From contig NC_017856.1 in the NCBI RefSeq assembly GCF_000260965.1, forward strand, positions 1,800,001 to 1,832,000: DNA of 32,000 nt. Direction: 5' to 3'. A program made the translations under genes and the position numbers. Source of the stretch: Methylophaga frappieri. Lineage in GTDB: Bacteria; Pseudomonadota; Gammaproteobacteria; Nitrosococcales; Methylophagaceae. Below the pieces are notes generated by a model, which saw nothing but the letters and a program-made list of their open reading frames with translations, was not told where the DNA came from and ran no database searches. This document shows positions 18,542 through 27,502 of the stretch, in pieces; position 1 is the first letter of the stretch; the number at the start of each line of letters is the position of its first letter.

Positions 18542-19255
18542 TTATTCGCCTTTCACCACTTGCTCAATTTTCTCAACCGACAAGTGACGCACATCTTTAC
18601 CTTCAACCAGATAGATAATGTGCTCGGCAACATTTCTGGCATGATCGCCAATCCGTTCCAGAGATCGCGCTGACCACATCATGTCAACCACTCGACTGAT
18701 CATGCGGGGATCTTCCATCATGTAAGTCATCAGCTGCCGCAAAATACTTTCATATTCACTGTCGACATCAGCATCCTCATGCGCAACCGCGAGGGCGCTG
18801 TCGACATCAAATCTTGCAAAGGCATCCAGCGCATCATGGAGCATTTTACGGACATGTACCCCAAGAGAGTGTAACTCCCGGTAATTTTTTTTGGGCCGGT
18901 CCTTGTCACTCAGATTAAGAGCCATTCTGGCGATGCGCACGGCCTCATCACCCATCCGCTCAATATCGGTGATGGTTTTTAATATGCCCGTTACCAGACG
19001 CAGATCGCTCGCTGCAGGTTGGCGTAAGGCAATAATCTGAATGCACTCTTCATCTATCAGAACATCCATTTTATTGACATTGTCATCGTTGCCGATGACT
19101 TGTCTGGCTAACTCCGCATCCCCCGTTACCAAGGCCTCCATTGCTTGTGTGACCTGTTGCTCTACCAAGCCCCCCATTGCCAGAACCCGGCTGCGGATAT
19201 CCTGCAATTCTTTTTCAAATTGCTGGGAAATATGTTGCGACTGGTTTGTTGCCAT
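18542..19255 (-). CDS. phoU: Phosphate signalling complex protein PhoU
   Basis: 237 aa. Two PhoU repeats with the E/D-x-x-x-D motifs (DIERMGDEA, LERIGDHARN). It lies immediately after pstB. Confidence 0.95.
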   Translation of the reverse strand: MATNQSQHISQQFEKELQDIRSRVLAMGGLVEQQVTQAMEALVTGDAELARQVIGNDDNVNKMDVLIDEECIQIIALRQPAASDLRLVTGILKTITDIERMGDEAVRIARMALNLSDKDRPKKNYRELHSLGVHVRKMLHDALDAFARFDVDSALAVAHEDADVDSEYESILRQLMTYMMEDPRMISRVVDMMWSARSLERIGDHARNVAEHIIYLVEGKDVRHLSVEKIEQVVKGE

Positions 19256-19276
19256 AGTGATACTCCTGAAAGGCGT

Positions 19277-20119
19277 TTAACCGTAACGGCCGGTAATATA
19301 ATCTTCAGTTTGTTTTTTGGCCGGATTGGTAAACAACTCATCCGTAGCCCCAAACTCAATCAGTTCCCCCATGTATAAAAAGGCGGTGTAATCAGATACC
19401 CGGGCCGCCTGTTGCATATTATGGGTAACAATCACAATCGTGTATTTCTCTTTCAGCTCATAAATCAGCTCTTCCACTTTCAAAGTCGACAGGGGATCCA
19501 ATGCTGAAGCAGGCTCATCCAGTAACAACACTTCCGGCTCGATGGCGATAGCACGGGCAATGACCAATCGTTGCTGCTGGCCGCCAGACAAGCCCATTGC
19601 CGACTGCTGCAAGCGATCTTTGACTTCATCCCATAGTGCCGCGCCTTTCAGCGATTTTTCGACGACTTTGTCTAAAGTCTGTCGATCATTAATACCTTGC
19701 AAACGCAGGCCATAAGCAACATTTTCATAGATACTCTTAGGAAACGGGTTAGGCTTTTGAAAGACCATGCCAACTTTACGCCGCAAATCCGCCACATTGA
19801 CGGCAGGCGAATTGACATCTTCACCATCCAATAACATTTGCCCCTGAACGGAAACCGAGTCGATCAAATCATTCATACGGTTAAAGCAACGTAAGAATGT
19901 CGATTTACCACAGCCACTCGGGCCAATGAAAGCCGTGACACGATTCTGCGGAATCATGACATTGATATTTTTGAGTGCCTGCGTCTCACCGTAGAATAAA
20001 TTAAAATCCCGCACTTCAATACATGGCGTTTCTTCAGCCAGATTCATTTTGGGACCACGCTGCATGGATTCCACATGAATGCCGGGCGGCGTGGCTTTTT
20101 CAGTTTTGGCTGCTTCCAT
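19277..20119 (-). CDS. pstB: Phosphate ABC transporter ATP-binding protein PstB
   Basis: 280 aa. Walker [10 protein letters not shown], signature LSGGQQQRL, Walker B LLLDEP. The TAATG stop/start overlap with pstA supports the long N-terminus; internal Met starts are also possible. Confidence 0.93.
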   Translation of the reverse strand: MEAAKTEKATPPGIHVESMQRGPKMNLAEETPCIEVRDFNLFYGETQALKNINVMIPQNRVTAFIGPSGCGKSTFLRCFNRMNDLIDSVSVQGQMLLDGEDVNSPAVNVADLRRKVGMVFQKPNPFPKSIYENVAYGLRLQGINDRQTLDKVVEKSLKGAALWDEVKDRLQQSAMGLSGGQQQRLVIARAIAIEPEVLLLDEPASALDPLSTLKVEELIYELKEKYTIVIVTHNMQQAARVSDYTAFLYMGELIEFGATDELFTNPAKKQTEDYITGRYG

Positions 20120-21789
20120 TAGTTATCACTCGCTTTAAAATTTTCACGCAGACGATTTCGAATACTGATTGCCGTCAGGTTCAGCACAACAATAATTAAC
20201 AATAATAAAAATGCGGTTGCGTAGACCAATGGCCGCGCTGCTTCAACGTTTGGACTTTGGAATCCGACATCATAAATATGAAACCCCAGATGCATAAATT
20301 GCCGATCCAAATGCAGATAAGGCGCCACTGAATCAACGGCCAGTGCTGGCGCCAACTTGACCACGCCAACCATCATTAATGGCGCCACTTCACCCGCTGC
20401 GCGGGCAACGGCCAGAATCAAACCGGTCATCATTGCAGGGGCAGCCATTGGCACAACCGTGCGCCATAACGTCTCAGCCTTGGTCGCGCCAAGCGCAAGA
20501 CTGCCTTCGCGGATGGCACGTGGTATCCGGGACAGTCCTTCTTCGGTGGCAACAATCACAACCGGTACCGTCAAAATGGCCAAGGTCAGAGATGCCCACA
20601 TCAGACCTGGCTGACCAAAAGTTGGCGACGGCAATTTCGCTTGAAAGAAAATGTCATCAATATTGCCACCCAGAAAATAAACAAAAAATCCCAGACCAAA
20701 CACACCATAAACAATCGATGGCACGCCGGCGAGATTATTCACTGCAATACGAATTGTCCGCGTCACAACCCCTTGCTTTGCATACTCTTTAAGATACAGT
20801 GCCGCGATAACGCCAAACGGCGTTACCAGTACCGACATGATAAGTACCATCATGACCGTACCAAAAATTGCAGGAAAGATACCGCCTTCGGTATTCGCTT
20901 CTCGTGGCTCACCAGAAACAAACTTCCACATCTCACCGAAATAATGTTGCAGCTTGTCCAGCCGACTCATCGCATTCGGTTTAAATACATCAACGATTTT
21001 TGCCAGGGCAACCTCTACCTCGCGTCCATCAGCCATTGTCATAACGATGCTATCGCGGCTGAGTTCCGTATTTAATGCCCCCAATTTCTCCATCAACTTT
21101 TCATAGACAATGCGTTGGCGCTGTCTTTCTGCTTCAATCTCGGCATAGGCTGGAGACTGGGCCGGCACTTCATCCATTTGTAAACGTCGTTCTGCCAGCC
21201 GTTGCTTTTCAAGAATCTGATTGATTTTGCCGATTTCTGATCGTTCAATGTCGTGAATCTGATCTATCAGCGCTTTACTTCGCACCAATCTATCCTGCAG
21301 TGCAGACCATGCAGCATCCCCTTCAGCAACAACGGAACCGGCTTGCTTGACCTGCGTCAGATAACCGTAAAAATTGCCCCACTCGCGACGCTCAATGACG
21401 ACGATATCTTCAGGATAGCTGACCGTCCCCATGCCCACCTGATTGACCCAACGAAAATCCAGGCCAAACTGATCCCGATTGCCGGTTTTAATCAAATAAC
21501 GTAGCGCCGTAGTTTGTTCAGGCGGCAGGGAATACTCATCGCCAAGACGTTCTGCTGGCACCATCTCCGTATCTATTTGCTCGCCCATTAACTGAACGGT
21601 CTCTAGATCTGATTCAACATAGTCAAATGCCATGACATCTGCAGGCCAGAAGTGACTCAAACCACGTATCGCAATTAACAGCACCAGTCCAATAACAGCG
21701 ACTAAACTCAAACTTAAAGCACCGGCATTCAGCCAGATCCAAGGCTGACCGCTCTGAAACCATTGTTTAAATGTATTTGGGTTGGACAT
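20119..21789 (-). CDS. pstA: Phosphate ABC transporter permease PstA (long form with an approx 255-aa N-terminal extracytoplasmic insertion)
   Basis: 556 aa. C-terminal BPD-transporter core with an EAA-like loop ([20 protein letters not shown]). One N-terminal TM helix, then a soluble/coiled-coil segment before the core. Confidence 0.92.
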   Translation of the reverse strand: MSNPNTFKQWFQSGQPWIWLNAGALSLSLVAVIGLVLLIAIRGLSHFWPADVMAFDYVESDLETVQLMGEQIDTEMVPAERLGDEYSLPPEQTTALRYLIKTGNRDQFGLDFRWVNQVGMGTVSYPEDIVVIERREWGNFYGYLTQVKQAGSVVAEGDAAWSALQDRLVRSKALIDQIHDIERSEIGKINQILEKQRLAERRLQMDEVPAQSPAYAEIEAERQRQRIVYEKLMEKLGALNTELSRDSIVMTMADGREVEVALAKIVDVFKPNAMSRLDKLQHYFGEMWKFVSGEPREANTEGGIFPAIFGTVMMVLIMSVLVTPFGVIAALYLKEYAKQGVVTRTIRIAVNNLAGVPSIVYGVFGLGFFVYFLGGNIDDIFFQAKLPSPTFGQPGLMWASLTLAILTVPVVIVATEEGLSRIPRAIREGSLALGATKAETLWRTVVPMAAPAMMTGLILAVARAAGEVAPLMMVGVVKLAPALAVDSVAPYLHLDRQFMHLGFHIYDVGFQSPNVEAARPLVYATAFLLLLIIVVLNLTAISIRNRLRENFKASDN

Positions 21790-21800
21790 ACGGCTCTCTT

Positions 21801-24095
21801 CTACAGACTGCTGTATTTTTTACGCAGGCGTTGCCGAACCAGCTCTGCCAGTGTGTTGAAAATAAAGGTGGCGACAAACAACACCAGTGCCGCCAAAAAC
21901 AATACCCGGAAATGCGTACTACCCACTTCTGACTCAGGCATTTCAACCGCAATATTGGCGGAGAGCGCACGAAACCCTTCGAAAATATTGAAATCCATAA
22001 TAGGTGTATTCCCTGTCGCCATCAGGACGATCATGGTTTCCCCTACTGCCCGACCAAGCCCAATCATTACCGCAGAAAAAATCCCCGGACTTGCGGTCAG
22101 TAACACCACGCGCATCATGGTTTGCCAAGGTGTTGCACCCAAAGCAAGTGACCCGATCGTCAATTGTTTAGGGACATTAAAAATGGCATCTTCGGTAATC
22201 GAGAAAATAGTGGGAATAACCGCAAACCCCATCATCAAACCGACCACAAATGAATTGCGCTGGTCATAACCAATACCAACTGATTCCAGCCATCTCGGCA
22301 TATCTCCAGCAAACAAAAACTGCTCCACCGGCACACTCATCTGTAAACAGACATAACCGGTAAGAAGAATGAAAGGAATCAGAATCGCCGCCTCCCAGCC
22401 CGCCGGAATAGCATGACGAAACCGCTTCGGCAGCCGCGTCCAGAGCCAGGCCACCAGCAACATGACCAGCGGCATAAACAGCACAATGCTTAACGCACCA
22501 GGTAAGTTGTTTTCAATTAATGGCGCCAACCATAACCCTGCCAGAAAGCCCAGAATAACCGTCGGCAAGGCTTCCATGATCTCAATAGTTGGTTTAACCA
22601 CACCGCGCATTCGTGACGACATGAAGTAAGCGGTATAGATAGCGCCCATAATAGCCAGCGGAATCGCCACGACCATGGCGTAGAATGCGGCTTTCAATGT
22701 GCCGAAAGTCAGCGGCGTTAAGCTGAGTTTTGGTTCAAAATCATTGCTTGCCGAAGTCGATTGCCAAAGGTATTCAGGCTCACTGCGACTCTCGTACCAG
22801 ACCTTTTCCCACAATGAATGCCAGGATATTTCCGGATGCTCATTATCCACCTCAAAAAAACGAGCACTACCACTGCGGTCAAGACTGAGTAAGCCATTGG
22901 CACGTGGCGAAATAGCTATCACAGCATCGGCATTATCCAGAGCATCCATAACCAATAACGTGCGATGGGCTGTCGTGTGATAAACACCTAACCGGCCATC
23001 AGCATCAAGCGCCATAAAGCCTTTACGGCTCTGCTCAACCTCAATTTTGTGAATCGCAGCCTGCTGTTCGTGGAAGCTGCGAATTCGTTTCAGGCTGTAC
23101 TGATTATCATCATCACGTACCGGAAACCACTGATCGATCTGCCCGTCACTACGACCTACGATCAGCGAAATCCCCCCTGCCAGAAACTCGGTCGCGGTCA
23201 CCTTCACGCCTTCTGGTACGGCGTTAACCCGATCAACCAGACGACTCTGTTCCTGACGCTGAATATCAAAGAAGGCAATATCACCGTTTTCGTATATGAC
23301 ATAGAGTTCGCGCTGATCCACATCCATCTTCAGGTCGGCCACCGGCGCGCTGCTGTCAGTGGCCAGCATCCATTGCTCGGTGTCCAAATCAAACTGGGTT
23401 TCGTCGAGAAAATTAACCGCTTTTTTTACACGAGTCAGCACCAGACGACCATCTGCAGTCAGCGCCGCAAAGGTGGCCATATCATCGGCATATTGCGCCG
23501 TTAAAATTGACAGCGCCTGCCCAGCCGGATCCACAGAAACCGGGGTGTCGCCTAGTGGATAACGAATTTCGGGTGAGATCAGCCGTGTTGTGCCCTCCGG
23601 GTAGCTGATATTGAATGCTTCCTGAAACAACAAAGCCTGACCATCACTAAAGCCATAGCTAAATACACCGGTATGCTGACTGCCTGCAGCGAAGCTGACT
23701 ATCGTGGCATTCTCAGGGAGAGGTAATTCAGGACTTTGCAGCAACGCCCCACTATGGGCATCAAAAAAACGAAGTTCACCATTCATCGTCAGCGATAAGG
23801 CGACTTCATTATATTCATCAAGGGTCAAGTGACTGTAGTTATCGGCAGGTTGTGTAAACTGCTGCTCTGAACGCACATCAGCGCCACCAAACAGTGGGAT
23901 CACCACATACAGTAAGTAAAAGAAAATCAATACGATGGCCACAATCACCATCAGACCACCCGAGGTGACCATCCATTTTGCCAGTCGATCTTTTAATTGA
24001 CGGTAGTGTCGGCGACGCCGTGCGACCGATGAATCTGGCGCAGGCAAGATGCTGTCTGACATTGTTTTTTGCGACATAAGACGATAATCACTCAA
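21801..24095 (-). CDS. pstC: Phosphate ABC transporter permease PstC (long form with an approx 390-aa periplasmic repeat domain)
   Basis: 764 aa from a TTG start. ATG alternatives at 24077 and 24062 exist, and none has a clear SD, so the start is uncertain. The C-terminal core carries [19 protein letters not shown]. The N-terminus is one TM helix followed by a repeat-containing soluble domain. Confidence 0.9.
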   Translation of the reverse strand: MSDYRLMSQKTMSDSILPAPDSSVARRRRHYRQLKDRLAKWMVTSGGLMVIVAIVLIFFYLLYVVIPLFGGADVRSEQQFTQPADNYSHLTLDEYNEVALSLTMNGELRFFDAHSGALLQSPELPLPENATIVSFAAGSQHTGVFSYGFSDGQALLFQEAFNISYPEGTTRLISPEIRYPLGDTPVSVDPAGQALSILTAQYADDMATFAALTADGRLVLTRVKKAVNFLDETQFDLDTEQWMLATDSSAPVADLKMDVDQRELYVIYENGDIAFFDIQRQEQSRLVDRVNAVPEGVKVTATEFLAGGISLIVGRSDGQIDQWFPVRDDDNQYSLKRIRSFHEQQAAIHKIEVEQSRKGFMALDADGRLGVYHTTAHRTLLVMDALDNADAVIAISPRANGLLSLDRSGSARFFEVDNEHPEISWHSLWEKVWYESRSEPEYLWQSTSASNDFEPKLSLTPLTFGTLKAAFYAMVVAIPLAIMGAIYTAYFMSSRMRGVVKPTIEIMEALPTVILGFLAGLWLAPLIENNLPGALSIVLFMPLVMLLVAWLWTRLPKRFRHAIPAGWEAAILIPFILLTGYVCLQMSVPVEQFLFAGDMPRWLESVGIGYDQRNSFVVGLMMGFAVIPTIFSITEDAIFNVPKQLTIGSLALGATPWQTMMRVVLLTASPGIFSAVMIGLGRAVGETMIVLMATGNTPIMDFNIFEGFRALSANIAVEMPESEVGSTHFRVLFLAALVLFVATFIFNTLAELVRQRLRKKYSSL

Positions 24096-24173
24096 ATTAA
24101 AGCTAACTTGCCTATGGGGGCAGCCAGGACACTGCTAAGGCATCTGAACCAGCAAATACCTTAACACTGACCC

Positions 24174-24211
24174 GGAATAAAATACCCCGCCCAAGCGAAG
24201 CTCGGGCGGGG
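24174..24211 (-). terminator. Rho-independent terminator/attenuator between pstS and pstC
   Basis: 24185-24196 pairs with 24200-24211: a 12-bp GC-rich stem with one mismatch and a GAA loop. On the minus-strand RNA it is followed by UAUUUUAUU. It begins 18 nt after the pstS stop. Confidence 0.8.
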
Positions 24212-24228
24212 CACCGGTTATCTATGAT

Positions 24229-25185
24229 CTATTTCAGCATATCGCGATATTTTTTAGCGACTTTTTCTGGCAAAGGAACGTAACCGTCTTTCACCACCAC
24301 TTCCTGGCCCACTTTTGACAGAATCATTTTCATGAATTCACGGTCAATAGGTGACATACCTTCGTTAGGGGCTTTATTAACATAGACCCAAAGAAAACGT
24401 GACAGCGGGAATGAACCATCTGCGGCATTTTCTGCGGTCGCGTCAATAAATGGCTGGCCCGCTTCTTTGGCTAACGGGACAGTTTTAACGCCTGAGGTTT
24501 TGTAGCCAATGCCGGAGTAACCAATACCGTTTGGAGACTTGGTGACACCTTGCACGACTGACGCCGAGCCGGGTTGCTCATTGACACTGTTTTTAAAGTC
24601 ACCTTTGCATAATGCATTGTCTTTGAAGTAACCGTAAGTGCCCGACACAGAATTACGCCCGTACAACTGAATACTACCTAGATCCGCCACACCTACTTGT
24701 GACCAGTTGGTAATATCTTCGTTATAACCACATTTGCGCGTCGCTGAAAAAATGGCATCGACCTGCGCCATCGTCAGCCCTTCAATGGGGTTATCTTTGT
24801 GCGCGAACACAGCAAGTGCATCGATAGCAACTGGAATCGCCGTTGGTTTGTATCCATATTTCTTTTCAAACGCCGCTTCCTCGCCATCTTTCATCTTACG
24901 GCTCATTGGACCAACATTTGAAGTACCTTCAGTCAAGGCAGGAGGTGCCGTTGATGAACCAGCCGCCTGAATCTGAATGGTCACATTTGGGTATTCACGT
25001 TTGAATTCTTCTGCCCATAAGGTCATCAGATTAGCCAGTGTATCGGAGCCCACACTGGACAAACTGCCAGAAACGCCACTGGTTTTTTCGTAGGTCGGCA
25101 AATTGGGATCAACATCTGCAAAGGTGGTCGCAGAAAAAGCCATTGCCAGCGCCGCGCCGAGCCGAGCGATTTTTTTGGTGAACAT
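24229..25185 (-). CDS. pstS: Periplasmic phosphate-binding protein PstS (PBP_like_2 type)
   Basis: 318 aa. Signal peptide ...ATTFA/DVD. Contains [15 protein letters not shown] and [11 protein letters not shown] blocks typical of Pseudomonas-type PstS. Pho boxes lie upstream. Confidence 0.9.
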   Translation of the reverse strand: MFTKKIARLGAALAMAFSATTFADVDPNLPTYEKTSGVSGSLSSVGSDTLANLMTLWAEEFKREYPNVTIQIQAAGSSTAPPALTEGTSNVGPMSRKMKDGEEAAFEKKYGYKPTAIPVAIDALAVFAHKDNPIEGLTMAQVDAIFSATRKCGYNEDITNWSQVGVADLGSIQLYGRNSVSGTYGYFKDNALCKGDFKNSVNEQPGSASVVQGVTKSPNGIGYSGIGYKTSGVKTVPLAKEAGQPFIDATAENAADGSFPLSRFLWVYVNKAPNEGMSPIDREFMKMILSKVGQEVVVKDGYVPLPEKVAKKYRDMLK

Positions 25186-25250
25186 ACTGGGTTGAACTCC
25201 CTAGGTTAAATGAAAACGTTTCAACGCTGTCTACGCTGAACTCCTGAGGC

Positions 25251-25306
25251 AGTATCACGACAAACTGTGACAAGGGTATGAAATCTATATTTCAATTTTA
25301 TGACAT
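25251..25306 (-). promoter_or_regulatory. Pho-regulon promoter of pstS: five 11-bp-phased PhoB half-sites plus a -10
   Basis: The minus strand reads ATGTCATAAAATTGAAATATAGATTTCATACCCTTGTCACAGTTTGTCGTGATACT. Hexamers TGTCAT, TGAAAT, TTTCAT, TGTCAC and TGTCGT start at offsets 2, 13, 24, 35 and 46. GATACT serves as the -10. Confidence 0.8.
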
Positions 25307-25330
25307 GCACCGGTAACCGGCCTAACGCCG

Positions 25331-26620
25331 CTACACATCGATTTTGTCCATCAAACTATTATTAGTGAACACACAGCGAAAACGGGTTCCCACCCCCAAT
25401 TCACTATCAATGACCAATTCGGCTTGATGTCGTTGTAAAACGTGTTTGACGATAGCCAGCCCCAATCCAGTCCCCCCCGTTTCCCGGGCACGACCACTAT
25501 CAACTCGATAAAAACGTTCTGTGAGTCTTTCTAAATGATGTTGGGCAATGCCCTCACCTGCATCCTGTACTTCAATAATGCCGCCAGCATTCTCAACTGA
25601 CCAACGCACTGTGATAGCAGTCTCTGCCGGGGTGTACTTGACCGCGTTATATACCAGGTTGGACACCGCACTTCGGAGTTCATCGGTATCGGCTAGCAAC
25701 CACTTTTTAGAGTCACAGTGCAGCGTAATCTGATGGTTTCGAAAATGTTCTAGTCGCTGGGCATCAGCAACAATACTGCTTAATAATTTGGCCACATCGG
25801 TTGGGCGCTGCTGTAACGGTTTTTCACCGGTTTCCAGTTGAGACAGTGCCAGCAAATCCTTAATCATGTAATGCATTCGCTGGGTCTGTCCCTGCATCAC
25901 CGGCAATGCTTGTCGCCACATTTCTGGCTCACTTTCTACTGTAAAGCTCTCCAGATAACCTCGCAACACCGTCAATGGCGTGCGTAACTCGTGTGAAACA
26001 TTGGCGACAAAGTCACGCCGCATACGTTGCAACTTAATCGTTTGCGTAATATCTCGCGCGATCAGTAAGCGATCTTTGTTCGAATAATTGACCAGCTTCA
26101 GCTCTAATTGCATGACCGGATTTTCCGGTGAGACGACATTGGCAAGGCCATTTTGATTTTGCGGATCATCCAGCAATTGCTGGAAAGCCGGATCTCGAAT
26201 CAGGTTATTTACCCGCACTCCCGCATCACGCGGCCAGTGAATACCCAATAGCAGGCGAGCGGATTGATTGGCCCAATCCACTTGGCCAAACTCGCCTAGC
26301 ACAACAATAGCATCGGGTAAGGCAGCAGACGCATTTTGAAACCGTTTCAAATAAGCTGCGAGCTTTTTTTTGCGGCTGCTACTTTGGCCACGCATTCGCT
26401 CAATACTGCGACAGACTTCGTCAATCACTCCTTCACTCGACGGTGGCAGGTTTTTCTTTGGCTTTTGTAACCACTTCAGGAGTTTATGCCATTTGGCTTG
26501 CAGCCAGAGCAAATAAACCAGGGTGGCCAGAAATAAAAAGGTCATCATGTGACCCAAAATCAGCCCCAAAAAACCCGCTAGACTGATCAGCGTGATCAGG
26601 CGCCAGTAATCCCATGACAT
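25331..26620 (-). CDS. phoR: Phosphate regulon sensor histidine kinase PhoR
   Basis: 429 aa. N-terminal TM hairpin, PAS-like linker, H-box SHELRTPLT, N/G boxes (NAVKYTP, GTGLGLAIV). Directly downstream of phoB. Confidence 0.93.
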   Translation of the reverse strand: MSWDYWRLITLISLAGFLGLILGHMMTFLFLATLVYLLWLQAKWHKLLKWLQKPKKNLPPSSEGVIDEVCRSIERMRGQSSSRKKKLAAYLKRFQNASAALPDAIVVLGEFGQVDWANQSARLLLGIHWPRDAGVRVNNLIRDPAFQQLLDDPQNQNGLANVVSPENPVMQLELKLVNYSNKDRLLIARDITQTIKLQRMRRDFVANVSHELRTPLTVLRGYLESFTVESEPEMWRQALPVMQGQTQRMHYMIKDLLALSQLETGEKPLQQRPTDVAKLLSSIVADAQRLEHFRNHQITLHCDSKKWLLADTDELRSAVSNLVYNAVKYTPAETAITVRWSVENAGGIIEVQDAGEGIAQHHLERLTERFYRVDSGRARETGGTGLGLAIVKHVLQRHQAELVIDSELGVGTRFRCVFTNNSLMDKIDV

Positions 26621-26635
26621 CCTAACGTGGCTCGC

Positions 26636-27325
26636 TTAATCGGCAGAAAAACGGTAGCCCACACCACGCACGGTTTGTATCAGCGCATCATGTTCCGTGG
26701 GTTCGAGCGCCTTGCGTAACCGGCGAATATGAACATCAACCGTGCGCTCTTCAATATAAACCGTATCGCCCCAGACAAAATCCAGTAATTGAGAACGATT
26801 ATATGCCCGGTCAGGATTTTTCATGAAAAAGTGCAATAGCCGAAACTCGGTTGGCCCCAAGTCGACTCGCGAGCTATTCACCGTGACGCGGTGGCTTTTT
26901 GTATCCAGCACCAGGGTGCCTGATTGTAATTTCTGTCCATCATCATCTGGGGTACGACAGCGGCGCAACACAGCTTTAATCCGAGCGACCAGCTCTGGTG
27001 GCGAAAATGGCTTATTAATATAGTCATCAGCCCCAACACTCAGGCCTTTGACCATATCTTCGCTTTCACCTTTAGCGGTCAGCATAATGACAGGGATCGA
27101 TGACCAGAATTCATTCGCCCGCAGCCGACGGATAAACTCAATACCATCAATACCTGGCAGCATCCAGTCCAACAGAATCATGTCGGGTTGCTGATTTTTC
27201 AGCCATTCCAGGCCCTGCTCAGCATCTCGCGTGGGTTCGCAATTAAAACCTGCCTGCTTGAGGCTAAAACTGAGCATATCTCGGATCGCTGCATCATCCT
27301 CAACCAGCAAGACGGTCGTTGCCAT
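26636..27325 (-). CDS. phoB: Phosphate regulon response regulator PhoB (OmpR family)
   Basis: 229 aa. Receiver domain with DMILLDWMLPGIDG. Winged-helix C-terminus ending ...IQTVRGVGYRFS. Confidence 0.95.
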   Translation of the reverse strand: MATTVLLVEDDAAIRDMLSFSLKQAGFNCEPTRDAEQGLEWLKNQQPDMILLDWMLPGIDGIEFIRRLRANEFWSSIPVIMLTAKGESEDMVKGLSVGADDYINKPFSPPELVARIKAVLRRCRTPDDDGQKLQSGTLVLDTKSHRVTVNSSRVDLGPTEFRLLHFFMKNPDRAYNRSQLLDFVWGDTVYIEERTVDVHIRRLRKALEPTEHDALIQTVRGVGYRFSAD

Positions 27326-27358
27326 ATATAGTCCATCCTAATATTAGGGTTTGGGCAA

Positions 27359-27392
27359 AGCTTACCGAGCAAATATGACAATTTGATAACAA
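27359..27392 (-). promoter_or_regulatory. Pho box plus -10 of the phoBR promoter
   Basis: The minus strand reads TTGTTATCAAATTGTCATA (27392-27374). This matches 15 of 19 positions of CTGTCATAAAACTGTCATA with 11-bp phasing. TAAGCT follows 9 nt downstream, and an AGGATGGA SD precedes the ATG at 27325. Confidence 0.7.
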
Positions 27393-27423
27393 GACGGCAA
27401 ACCACCCAGTCTTTATGTGTACT

Positions 27424-27441
27424 CTGTCATAAAATCGTCAT
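27424..27441 (+). promoter_or_regulatory. Second, oppositely oriented Pho-box-like element
   Basis: The plus strand reads CTGTCATAAAATCGTCAT, with TGTCAT and CGTCAT exactly 11 bp apart. It points away from phoB and toward the 3' end of the PiT gene. Confidence 0.55.
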
Positions 27442-27502
27442 TTTTAAACGGGTTAAGCGTTATCTTGTTTCGTCAGATAATGACATGGGATGACGATGCG
27501 AC

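Noticed and set aside
25310-25320. CCGGTAACCGG palindrome just after the phoR stop, considered as a terminator.
   Set aside because: The stem is only 5 bp with a 1-nt loop and there is no U tract, so it would not be stable enough to terminate.
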